Assembly (NCBI GenBank): GCA_963517705.1
Contig: CAUQHH010000001.1
Location: forward strand, 1-40,983
From: an uncultured Campylobacter sp.
Lineage (GTDB): Bacteria > Campylobacterota > Campylobacteria > Campylobacterales > Campylobacteraceae
DNA length: 40,983 nucleotides
Direction: 5' to 3'
Shown here: in pieces, positions 30,914 through 40,515 of the stretch
Position numbering within the stretch: position 1 is the first letter of the stretch
Layout of the letters: the number at the start of each line of letters is the position of its first letter
Made by a program: the position numbers and the translations under genes
The notes under the pieces: model-generated
Seen by the model: only the letters and a program-made list of their open reading frames with translations
What the model was told of the DNA's origin: nothing
Databases searched by the model: none

Positions 30914-33352
30914 ATGATAAAAAATGAAAAAAAATTTTGGGATATATTAACTAGTCTTTTTGTAGGTGCAGAAGTAAAAGGAAAATCTGGCTTCATAAAT
31001 CTTATGATTGCAAAACAAAACTATTTTGGAAAAGTAAAAGAAGAGCTACTTATACAAATAGAAGAAATTTGTAAGGATAATAAAGATTTTAAAGACGAGC
31101 TTTACGACAAGCTTTATAGTTTTTTTCATAGATATTTTAGTATTTCGGGAAGTATTTACTACAATTACACACCACTTTTTTATAATATCTATACAAAAGC
31201 CTATGGTGATAATACAAATGATACCAGAATCTTCTCGGGTGATTATGAACAAGTAATATCAAACAAGCAAGACACTTCGCTTTTCTATAAAACTCAGATG
31301 CTTTACTATGTCAAATCGGATAAAATTTTTAAAGACCTTGAAATTGAAATAGAGGATAAAAAATACATTTTTGATGTTTCAAATATGCAAGGTAAAAAAG
31401 CTAATGAAAAGAAAAGCCTTGTTTATGAATTAAAGTCGATTGAAAATAATTTATTAGCTTTCAATGTCAATTATTCCGAAAACGGAAAAGTTACAAAAAT
31501 CGATAATATTACAAAAGAAGCTAAAAAATCAAAAATGGAGCTAAACGAAGCAGATTTAAAAAAAGCTTTTCAGATATTTGAAAAACAATCAAACATAGAT
31601 TATTTTATCAATAAAGATGCAAAAAAGTTTTTATTCGAGCAGCTTGATATGTGGATATATCAATATATGTTTAGCCAAGAAGTTGATTTTAATATGCAAA
31701 GATTTAATCAAATTCAAGACTTTAAAAAAGTAGCTTCCAAGATTATAAACTTCATATCCCAGTTTGAAAATGAGCTTGTAAAAATCTGGAACAAGCCTAG
31801 GTTTGTGCTAAATTCAAACATCGTAGTAACAATCGATAAATTAAAAGCTAAAGGCTTTAATATAGACAAACTAAAAAATCATAAAAAATTTAAAGAGCAG
31901 CAAAGGGAATGGGAAGAATTGGGAATAATTCAAGATAATAGCTTAATAGAAAATGAATTTATGCCTATCGATACAAAATACTTTAGCGAATTTAAAGATG
32001 AGATTGAAAGCCTTTTTGAGCCTGATGAATTTGATGGACTGTTAATAAAAAGTGAAAATTATCAAGCTTTAAATACTATACTCCCTAGATTTAAAGACAG
32101 GATTGATTTGATCTATATAGACCCACCTTTTAATACAGGCGATGATTTTGCTTATATCGATAAATTTCAAAATAGCACGTGGCTTAGCCTGATGGAGAAT
32201 AGACTTGAACTCGCCAAAGAGTTTTTAAGCAAAAGGGGGAGTTTTTATTTGCACCTTGATGAAAACGCTGACTTCTTAGGAAGAATGTTGCTTGGTAAAT
32301 TATTCAGTGATTATGAAATTAAAAAAATAACGATGGATACAAATGCTACGAAAGATGAAGAAGCCGATTTGTTTGGATATAAAAGCTTTGGTAAAAATTT
32401 TGCACTAAAAAGTCAAACTATATACTTTATGAAGACTGAAAATTCTATTTTTAATAAACTTTGGAAACCAAATAGGAATATAAGCAACTTAAACTTAGGA
32501 CAAATGGACCTAATTGCTATTCCTAAAAAACAAATACTTATTTCTAAGAAAATTGAAGATTTTGATTACTACATTGAAAAGTATAATGAAAATAAATTAG
32601 AATTATTAAGAATAGATATACAGGATGAAAAAATTTATCCTGTAAGTGATATATGGAATGACTTATACTCATTTACGCAATCTGAAATGAGAGTAAGCGA
32701 AAATATATCATTCCAAAGTTCTCAAAAGCCAGAAAACTTGATAAGAAGGGTTATTCAATCTAGCTCCAAAACGAATAGCTTAGTTATGGATTTTTTTGCT
32801 GGAAGCGGAACAACTTGTGCTGTGTCTCACAAGCTAAAAAGAAAATATATAGGAATAGAAACTGGAGAGCATTTTTATGATTTTTATTATACAGACAATG
32901 GTGAAAAAAGATTAGGTTTGCTTGGAAGAATGAAAAATGTAATAAATGGTGATATAATATTTAAAGCAATAGAGAAAAATAGACGCTCAACTTTATCAAA
33001 AAATATTAACTACAAAGGTGGAGGTATATTTAAATACTATGAATTAGAGCAATATGAGCAAATTTTAAGAAGCACAATCTACAAAGACACACCAGATGAT
33101 TATCTCAATAGCAAGGAGAGTAGTGAAATTAAGGATTGCTTTTTGTTTGATGAAAAATTATCAAATGTAATTATTGCTGAAAATGATGGCTTTAAAGTAA
33201 ATTTAGGAAATCTATACCCAAATATCGATTTGAAAGAGACCATTCATAATATCACAGGAAAAAGACCTAAAAAGATAACAGATACAAAAGTAATATTTGA
33301 AGATAGAGAATATGAGCTTATCGAAATATTAAAACCATTGCTTGTTTGGTAA
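30914..33352 (+). CDS. mod: type III R-M DNA methyltransferase (beta-class amino-MTase with long N-terminal extension)
   Basis: Motif IV LIYIDPPFNTG precedes motif I DFFAGSGTT; QKPENLIRRVI; GGGIFKYYEL; adjacent to res. Confidence 0.92.
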   Translation: MIKNEKKFWDILTSLFVGAEVKGKSGFINLMIAKQNYFGKVKEELLIQIEEICKDNKDFKDELYDKLYSFFHRYFSISGSIYYNYTPLFYNIYTKAYGDNTNDTRIFSGDYEQVISNKQDTSLFYKTQMLYYVKSDKIFKDLEIEIEDKKYIFDVSNMQGKKANEKKSLVYELKSIENNLLAFNVNYSENGKVTKIDNITKEAKKSKMELNEADLKKAFQIFEKQSNIDYFINKDAKKFLFEQLDMWIYQYMFSQEVDFNMQRFNQIQDFKKVASKIINFISQFENELVKIWNKPRFVLNSNIVVTIDKLKAKGFNIDKLKNHKKFKEQQREWEELGIIQDNSLIENEFMPIDTKYFSEFKDEIESLFEPDEFDGLLIKSENYQALNTILPRFKDRIDLIYIDPPFNTGDDFAYIDKFQNSTWLSLMENRLELAKEFLSKRGSFYLHLDENADFLGRMLLGKLFSDYEIKKITMDTNATKDEEADLFGYKSFGKNFALKSQTIYFMKTENSIFNKLWKPNRNISNLNLGQMDLIAIPKKQILISKKIEDFDYYIEKYNENKLELLRIDIQDEKIYPVSDIWNDLYSFTQSEMRVSENISFQSSQKPENLIRRVIQSSSKTNSLVMDFFAGSGTTCAVSHKLKRKYIGIETGEHFYDFYYTDNGEKRLGLLGRMKNVINGDIIFKAIEKNRRSTLSKNINYKGGGIFKYYELEQYEQILRSTIYKDTPDDYLNSKESSEIKDCFLFDEKLSNVIIAENDGFKVNLGNLYPNIDLKETIHNITGKRPKKITDTKVIFEDREYELIEILKPLLVW

Positions 33353-33361
33353 GGAATTTTT

Positions 33362-36187
33362 ATGGCAAAGCAAAAAAAATTAATAGATGAACATAGCTAT
33401 AAAATAGTATTGCAGCAATTAGCGGAAAATGAATTTTTAAATATCGATATAAACGAATTTGATTTTAGTAGCTTTTCAAATGAAAAAACTTTATTTGAGT
33501 ATCAAGTAGAAGCTTTACAAAATGCTTTTAGAGTTTTATTAAAATTTTATAAAGATTACGATGCGGACAAAGAAAAATTCTATAACAAAGAGTATAAAAA
33601 ATACCCCCATGTGAACCTTGATTATTTAAAACCAAATGATCTATTGCAAGAATATTTTCCAATAATAGGTAAAAGAATAGAATTCCGTCATTTTGTAAAC
33701 CGTATGAGTTTTTGGATGACAATGGGAAGTGGTAAAACTATTGTTATTATAAAACTTATAGAGCTTTTAGATAGGGCTATGCAAATAGAGCTGATACCCA
33801 AGAAAAATATTTTGTTTTTTACGGCTAATGAAGGGCTGCTGGATAGATTTAAAAAAGAAGTTGATGAGTATAATTTGCTTAAAGAAAAAAACATTGATGC
33901 GATTAGTTTAAAAGATTACGAAGAGAGACAAAAAAATAGTTCTTTATTTGACTCTCAAATTATAAAGCTCTTTTGTTATAGGGCTGATTTGATGAATGAT
34001 GAGAGAAAAGAGGCTACGCTTGATTTTAAGGACTACTTTGATGACGGAAACAATTATATAATTCTTGATGAAGCCCACAAAGGAGATAAGCAAGATTCCA
34101 AAAGACAAAACATATTCTCAATACTTTCTAAAAATGGATTTTTGTTTAATTTTAGTGCAACTTTTACTGATGAATCCGATATTGCAACTACGATTTATAA
34201 TCTCAATCAAGCAGTTTGGGTTAAAAAGGGATATGGGAAAAAGCTATTTTTATTAGATAACGACTTAAAAGCTTTTAAAGAAAAGTCAGACTTAAATGAA
34301 AATGAAAAACAACAGGCAACATTAAAGTCATTATTGCTTTTAGCCCTTGCAAAAAAATATAAATTGTCTGATGCTTACCATGACCCTATGATGGTAGTTT
34401 TTACAAATTCAGTCAATACTGTTGAATCAGATGCGGAACTATTTTTTAGAACCCTACAGTCTATAGCAAAGGATGATCTTCAAAAAATATTTAATGAAGC
34501 TAAGATGGGTCTCAAAAAAGAGTTTAAAGATACTAAAGATCTTGTAACAGACAAAGATGGAGAGGGAGTATCTGAACTTGCGGATCAAGTAGGTCAAATA
34601 TCTTTTGATGAGCTGAAAGAGTTAATTTTTTATGCGAAAAATGGAAATATAGAAGCTATTATTAATCCTAAAGACAAAACAGAGATTGCTTTTAAATTAG
34701 ACAGTGTAGATAAGCCATTTTGCTTAATCAAAATAGGAGATATTAGTTCATGGCTTAAGGAAAAACTAAAAAATATAAAAATTGACGAGACTTTTAAAGA
34801 AGAGAGCTATTTTAAATCACTGTATAGCAGCAGTATAAATATTCTCTTAGGAAGTCGTGCTTTTTATGAGGGTTGGGATACGACAAGACCTAATATTATG
34901 CTTTTCTTAAATATAGGCATGGATAAAGAAGCTAAGAAATTTGTAACTCAATCTATCGGCAGAGGAATGAGAGTTGAATCAGTCGACGGAAGTCGTCAAA
35001 GAATAGATTTTATCAATATTGATAAAAAAGCTCAAATAAGTAAAAATGTAAAAACTTTAGAAACTTTATTTGTTATTTCTACGAATAAGGAAGCCATCAG
35101 CTCTATTGTATCATGGCAAGAAGAACAAAATAAAGGTATTGATTGGCTTGAAGTTGAACTGAAAAAAAATGAAACACCGAATAGAATACTTTTTATTCCT
35201 GTTTATAAGCAGCATAAGATAAGCGCGGATAGAATAAATAGCAAAAAAGCTTTTAAATTAAGCGATAAAAACAAAAAAGACTTAAAAATTTATATGCGCA
35301 ATCTTGCCCCTCAAATATTTGCTTTAAGACATAATTTTTATAATAAAAAAGAATATGACTTATTGGTTCAAATGGCAAGCAAAGATGATGCTTTTTTCAT
35401 TGACAAAAATACCCATTATAAATCTTTAGATACTTTAATTGAAAAGCTTAAAAATAGACTATATATAAAACAAAGCACAGTAGATACATTTAAAGCTTTA
35501 AATGATGAGATTGTGCATTTTAAAAAGATAAAAGTAAGAGAAGATAAGAAAGAAGAGTTTGTAAAAACTATTTTTCAAGCAATTGAAATGCAAAATTTAA
35601 CAGACGAAGAAGTATCACAAAAGGCAAAAGAAGATGGCATTTCTTTAAAGAAAGCAATTGAATTGTATCAAGCAACGGACATATCTTTTTGTGACGCCAA
35701 ATTTCAAAAAATGTTAAATCATTACTATAATCCTGTCATAAGCGGTAAAGATCTTGATTGGATAAGAAATATAATTTCAGAAGAGAGCGAGGTTGTATTT
35801 TTAGAAAAACTTACAGAAATTTGCAAAGATATTGATGAAAAATATGACTGGTGGATGTTTAGTAAATTGAACCAATACTATGACAAGGATATCTATATTC
35901 CATACATAGAGGACGGTGAACAAAAACCATTTCATCCTGATTTTATTTTTTGGCTACAAAAAGGCAACAAGCAAACAATTATATTCATTGATCCTAAAGG
36001 GGATAGGTTTGGGGATTATCAACATAAAATTGACGGTTATAATGAAGTTTTTTTAAATAAAACTTTTGATGTCGAAAACATAAAAATTGATGTAAAGTTA
36101 GCTCTGGTAAGAATAACTAATACAACAGTTGGAAAAGAGTATGAGCATTATTGGTTTTCCAAGGATGACTTATTAAGTGTTTTTTAA
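33362..36187 (+). CDS. res: type III restriction endonuclease (SF2 helicase plus PD-(D/E)xK nuclease)
   Basis: MTMGSGKT, ILDEAH, FSATF, EGWD, QSIGRGMR, C-terminal PDFIFW..FIDPKG. Confidence 0.93.
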   Translation: MAKQKKLIDEHSYKIVLQQLAENEFLNIDINEFDFSSFSNEKTLFEYQVEALQNAFRVLLKFYKDYDADKEKFYNKEYKKYPHVNLDYLKPNDLLQEYFPIIGKRIEFRHFVNRMSFWMTMGSGKTIVIIKLIELLDRAMQIELIPKKNILFFTANEGLLDRFKKEVDEYNLLKEKNIDAISLKDYEERQKNSSLFDSQIIKLFCYRADLMNDERKEATLDFKDYFDDGNNYIILDEAHKGDKQDSKRQNIFSILSKNGFLFNFSATFTDESDIATTIYNLNQAVWVKKGYGKKLFLLDNDLKAFKEKSDLNENEKQQATLKSLLLLALAKKYKLSDAYHDPMMVVFTNSVNTVESDAELFFRTLQSIAKDDLQKIFNEAKMGLKKEFKDTKDLVTDKDGEGVSELADQVGQISFDELKELIFYAKNGNIEAIINPKDKTEIAFKLDSVDKPFCLIKIGDISSWLKEKLKNIKIDETFKEESYFKSLYSSSINILLGSRAFYEGWDTTRPNIMLFLNIGMDKEAKKFVTQSIGRGMRVESVDGSRQRIDFINIDKKAQISKNVKTLETLFVISTNKEAISSIVSWQEEQNKGIDWLEVELKKNETPNRILFIPVYKQHKISADRINSKKAFKLSDKNKKDLKIYMRNLAPQIFALRHNFYNKKEYDLLVQMASKDDAFFIDKNTHYKSLDTLIEKLKNRLYIKQSTVDTFKALNDEIVHFKKIKVREDKKEEFVKTIFQAIEMQNLTDEEVSQKAKEDGISLKKAIELYQATDISFCDAKFQKMLNHYYNPVISGKDLDWIRNIISEESEVVFLEKLTEICKDIDEKYDWWMFSKLNQYYDKDIYIPYIEDGEQKPFHPDFIFWLQKGNKQTIIFIDPKGDRFGDYQHKIDGYNEVFLNKTFDVENIKIDVKLALVRITNTTVGKEYEHYWFSKDDLLSVF

Positions 36188-36335
36188 TAAAATAAACCCC
36201 ACAATACAATAAAAACTACTTATAAATATGGTAGAAATTATAATGAACTAGTCGACAAACTTCTAATTCTACTTCTACCCTTGTCGAAATCAAAGCATAT
36301 TAAGTTTTTTAAAAAGTGCCGTTTGGGGTATTCAG

Positions 36336-36364
36336 AAGTCTTGTACGAATACTACATAATATCG
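36336..36364 (-). repeat. internal (inner) right inverted repeat of the transposon
   Basis: Reverse complement CGATATTATGTAGTATTCGTACAAGACTT matches IRL 28473-28501 at 25/29 positions. Confidence 0.9.
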
Positions 36365-36607
36365 AAAAATCCACTATACATACAAATTAACTTAAACCAA
36401 ACCCAAAATGTTAATGATATTTGTAGAAAAATAAGGTACGACTTTCTAGGGTTAAATAGTGGAATTTTATCCCAAATGATCCTAAAAACCTTAGTATAAA
36501 AAACCATTTCTGGTATCATTCTTGGATTTTATTAAAAGATCATTAAATGTCTAGGTGCATTTGCCACATAATATCGGAAATTTGCACTCTTGATAGAAGC
36601 GCTATTA

Positions 36608-38281
36608 GTTTCAAACTCCAACGGAGTAAATTTTAACGCCGTTTCTTTTATGGTAGCCGCTCACGCTCTTGCCGGTTTCAAACTCCAACGGAGTAAATTT
36701 TAACTATCCCCGAGGCAAAAAAGGTTATGGCAAATTTTAAGTTTCAAACTCCAACGGAGTAAATTTTAACAACGAAATAATCAAGAGAGATAATATTTTC
36801 AAAATGTTTCAAACTCCAACGGAGTAAATTTTAACTTTACCCATGCAAAAAACTAGGGCGAAGTATCGTGTTTCAAACTCCAACGGAGTAAATTTTAACT
36901 TTACCAACCAAAGTTGTTACTCTATATTTATCCATAGTTTCAAACTCCAACGGAGTAAATTTTAACCCGGTATCGCAAAATACCAGCTCGTACAAACACT
37001 AGCGTTTCAAACTCCAACGGAGTAAATTTTAACGAAGGGTTTGCAGGGTCTAGATTTGGACAAACCGCGTAGTTTCAAACTCCAACGGAGTAAATTTTAA
37101 CGGCGCAATCTTGTCAAAAAACGTAAGCGCCAAAGCATCTGCAGTTTCAAACTCCAACGGAGTAAATTTTAACAAAAGCCGTGCGGCTATTTAGGTTATT
37201 TAGGCGGCGTTTCAAACTCCAACGGAGTAAATTTTAACCTACATCTATGCAACAGCGTGAATTGCTTTTGCACTCGTTTCAAACTCCAACGGAGTAAATT
37301 TTAACTCTTTATTTAGCTCCTTGCCGCTTTGTAAATCAGCGTTTCAAACTCCAACGGAGTAAATTTTAACGTAAATAAGGGAATTGAGCCTACGAGAAGA
37401 AATGTGTTTCAAACTCCAACGGAGTAAATTTTAACTACAGATTTGCGTAGAAAAGGCGGCTTGCTCGAAGTTTCAAACTCCAACGGAGTAAATTTTAACC
37501 TCATATCGTCCGCATATAAAGACACCGTAAAAAGTTTCAAACTCCAACGGAGTAAATTTTAACCTAAATGATTTCTCAAATAAAGATAACTTTTGATGTT
37601 TCAAACTCCAACGGAGTAAATTTTAACGCAAATACGGAAAAATTTGACGAGAGAATTTGAGAGTTTCAAACTCCAACGGAGTAAATTTTAACACTAGGGG
37701 CAGATTATGGCGATAGATAGAGTTGAGCGTTTCAAACTCCAACGGAGTAAATTTTAACTCAATAGCCTTGATATTTGCGGACGCCTGCTCGAGGTTTCAA
37801 ACTCCAACGGAGTAAATTTTAACGATGGGGGTATATTTTATACCGGCAACGTCTGAAGTTTCAAACTCCAACGGAGTAAATTTTAACCCTAACTTGAGCT
37901 ACAAAAGGCTTAAATTTAGCATGTTTCAAACTCCAACGGAGTAAATTTTAACGGGCGTTCAAGTAGAATATCATTGGCGGTTTTTTGAGTTTCAAACTCC
38001 AACGGAGTAAATTTTAACCTAAAATTAATCCTTATTCTCTTTAGTTTTTTTTGCCGTTTCAAACTCCAACGGAGTAAATTTTAACTTTGAGAATAAATAA
38101 GCCACTTCATCAACAGTATGTTTCAAACTCCAACGGAGTAAATTTTAACCTCGGGGCGTTTCGTAGGGTGTATCATACAAGATTTGTTTCAAACTCCAAC
38201 GGAGTAAATTTTAACTTAATTTTGCGTTATGCTGCATAAACGACGTAATAGGTTTCAAACTCCAACGGAGTAAATTTTAAC
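36608..38281 (-). CRISPR. main CRISPR array: 26 repeats of 30 bp and 25 spacers of 34-42 bp; repeat as transcribed GTTAAAATTTACTCCGTTGGAGTTTGAAAC
   Basis: Repeats counted by hand from 36608 to 38252. The 3' GAAAC end and ACTCC/GGAGT hairpin are typical of type I-B-like repeats. Leader and cas genes lie to the right. Confidence 0.98.
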
Positions 38282-38645
38282 AGCACCAAAATATACATTT
38301 TTAGGGCTATTAAAACTCAGAGTTTATATTTTTACGCCTTAAATTTGGATAAAAATCAAAATATTATTGATACGAAGTGCCCTAAATTTCATCATTTCTA
38401 AAATCTTAGAAAAAGCTTTATCGACATGATTTGGATTTAAAAAGGCACTTAGAAATCAAATATCCCGCCGCGAAAAGAGCAAACTAGCACCCCCCAACTC
38501 GATACCGTAGCCAAAGACGCATAGGTCAAATTTGAACGCAAATGCGTAGCGATTTTTGTGCTGCATTTTGATGAAGCCAAGGCCCTAAAATCAAATCATC
38601 AAAATACAACCAAGATACTTTGATCCTGCCGACAAAATATCAAAT
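38282..38645 (-). promoter_or_regulatory. CRISPR leader region
   Basis: AT-rich non-coding DNA between the cas1 stop and the first repeat, opposite the degenerate end. Confidence 0.75.
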
Positions 38646-39644
38646 TTATCCCCACCTAAACCCCTCATAAGGCGCGTCCTCGCAGATACATTTTTTGATC
38701 TGATTAGCTTCGCGGCGGATCACCTGCCGCCACGTGAGATCGCGACCGCCCAGCGAGATCGTTTCGCCAAGCCTCGCGATCATTTTTAGCTCGATCTTTT
38801 GCACGGCGTCGTTGCTAAATTTTATCCGCCCGGCGTCCGTTTGGAAGTCCTTTGCCGTGATCTCTTTTTTATTTAGCATGCTAAAAATCAGCGTATCGCC
38901 CAAAATCGGCTTAAAAATCTCCGCAAGATCGAGGTGTAGGCTCAGCGCACGGTAGTTTGGCTCGTGCAAAAAGCCGATGCGCGGATCAAGCTCGGTTTTG
39001 TAAATTTCGCTTAGGCAGACGTTATAAATGCGCGTATTTACGTAGCTTATGAAGCTGTTGATTTTGTCGGCGGGCGGGCGCTTGGAGCGGACGGTAAATT
39101 TAAAGCTTTTTTGATCCGCGATTATTTCGTTCCACTTTTCGTAGTAGAGCTTTTGAAACGCCCCTTCCACCGCCATTATCGCAGGTACGTCCGCAGCGGC
39201 ATTTAGCGCCTCTATATGGGGCGAGACGTCAAATTTCACGCCATGTCTTTTGCAGTTTGCCGCGTCGTTTAGGATGTGTGCGCGAGTGATCTCGCGGGCG
39301 ATGTAGGCGCGCTTAAGCGGATCGTCAAAGGCGCGAACCTGTTTTAGCAGCACGAAGCCGCTTTTATTGACCGAGTTTGAGGTATTTGGATAAAAGTTGC
39401 CGCGAAAGCTCTGATAAGGGCTAAAAACGTGCAAAAGGACGTTATTATCCGCCAGAAACGCCATAGTGTAGGTATCGATCTGCACTTTTGCCAGCACGTA
39501 AATTTCATCAATCGCATTTATCGGCAAAATTTTACTAGCGGCGAGCGCGCCCGCATCGTCAAATTTATCAAAATAGATATTGTTATCTTGCCTGCGAAGC
39601 TTGCCTGCGCTCAAAATAAAATGCGTCCTGTCGCTTTTTTGCAT
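38646..39644 (-). CDS. cas1: CRISPR-associated integrase Cas1
   Basis: GKLRRQDNNI, IMAVEG, RSKRPPADKINSFISY, DPRIGFLH..LHLDLAEIFKP. Confidence 0.97.
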   Translation of the reverse strand: MQKSDRTHFILSAGKLRRQDNNIYFDKFDDAGALAASKILPINAIDEIYVLAKVQIDTYTMAFLADNNVLLHVFSPYQSFRGNFYPNTSNSVNKSGFVLLKQVRAFDDPLKRAYIAREITRAHILNDAANCKRHGVKFDVSPHIEALNAAADVPAIMAVEGAFQKLYYEKWNEIIADQKSFKFTVRSKRPPADKINSFISYVNTRIYNVCLSEIYKTELDPRIGFLHEPNYRALSLHLDLAEIFKPILGDTLIFSMLNKKEITAKDFQTDAGRIKFSNDAVQKIELKMIARLGETISLGGRDLTWRQVIRREANQIKKCICEDAPYEGFRWG

Positions 39645-39713
39645 CTTTTTTCCTTAAATTTAGCTGGAATTTCAAGCGCCGCCGCCAAATTCGGCAAATT
39701 TACGCGAGCAAAT

Positions 39714-39992
39714 TTAACTAAACAGCGCGTTATTTTTGTCCTGTCCGATTACGATACGCTTGGAGTATTTCAGCGAATTAAACGTGTAAATCACGATAGA
39801 ATCGAGCTGCGTAATGCACTCTTTTTGCAAAATCGCGCTTAGTTTTTTAAAATCGCTCTCGCGAATCTCGCCTTCAAAAACGGAAAACTGCACGCGCGGC
39901 AAAAACTTCTCGACCGCCTTTCTGATGCGGTTTGCGTTGTTTTTCTCTTTTTGCTCGGCGCCGGCGATGTCGTAAAATAAAATCACGTACAT
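39714..39992 (-). CDS. cas2: CRISPR-associated Cas2
   Basis: MYVILFYDI..RVQFSVFEG..DSIVIY. Confidence 0.96.
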   Translation of the reverse strand: MYVILFYDIAGAEQKEKNNANRIRKAVEKFLPRVQFSVFEGEIRESDFKKLSAILQKECITQLDSIVIYTFNSLKYSKRIVIGQDKNNALFS

Positions 39993-40014
39993 TTTTCTAG
40001 CATTTTTCTAAATT

Positions 40015-40515
40015 TTAACTCGCACAATATCCGCTATAAGCGCAGTTTGCGCAAAATTTACCCTGCGTAAATTTCGGCGGTCGCTCTAGATTTACGAGTG
40101 ACGTTATCTCGCTTAAAATTTGCTCTATTAGAGCGAAATTTTCGCTGCTGTCATCCACCAAAATCACCTTTTTACCGCTGATTAGTTTGCCTTTTACCTC
40201 TTTTAAATTTAAGCCAGTTTTTAAAAGATAGACGTAAAAAAGTAGCTGCATCTTGCCTGCAAGCTCGTTTTTTAGGCTCTTTTTATACTCCGTGACGAGA
40301 TAATGTCCGCGCTGCTTGGAAAGTTTATCGAATTTCAAATTTGAAAATGCAAACTCCTGCAAATCGCTCTCTTTGATCTCCGCCAGCGCCTTGCCCATCA
40401 GCACGTTTTCATCCTCCTGATCGGCGTGGATATGGTGAGCGTAAAGCCACGCCTCGCGCCTGCAGGTAACGTAATAATTCACAAGCGTGCCGGTGATTTG
40501 ATCTTTGCAAAACAT
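40015..40515 (-). CDS. cas4: CRISPR-associated Cas4
   Basis: ITGTLVNYYVTCRREAWL, FD..EYKKS, QLLFY, C-terminal CANCAYSGYC Fe-S ligands. Confidence 0.95.
   Translation of the reverse strand: MFCKDQITGTLVNYYVTCRREAWLYAHHIHADQEDENVLMGKALAEIKESDLQEFAFSNLKFDKLSKQRGHYLVTEYKKSLKNELAGKMQLLFYVYLLKTGLNLKEVKGKLISGKKVILVDDSSENFALIEQILSEITSLVNLERPPKFTQGKFCANCAYSGYCAS

Larger units (their letters stand above)
28473..36576. mobile_element. IS1595-family (ISNha5-group-like) cargo transposon, 8,104 bp, carrying a type III R-M system and inserted in a CRISPR spacer
   Basis: IRL CGGTATTATGTAGCATCCGCAC (28473-28494); outer IRR, reverse complement CGATATTATGTGGCAAATGCAC (36555-36576, 17/22 match); 8-bp direct repeat GAAATTTG at 28465-28472 and 36577-36584; IS1595-type transposase inside. 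Confidence 0.93.

Noticed and set aside
33245..33254. CATAATATCA in mod, resembling the transposon end
   Set aside because: Only 9 bp match, inside an intact CDS, without the terminal G or the flanking IR sequence.
36281..36499. 72-aa ORF near the transposon right end
   Set aside because: TTG start, no SD, and it crosses the inner inverted-repeat junction; probably spurious.
36732..36740. Spacer ending in AAATTTTAA like the repeat end
   Set aside because: Short AT-rich motif that is very common in this genome; spacer length is normal.
28233..38281. Two independent arrays, or a CRISPR-associated transposon (CAST)
   Set aside because: The target duplication and reconstructed spacer show one interrupted array. 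The element has no cas or tns genes and the repeats lie outside its ends.
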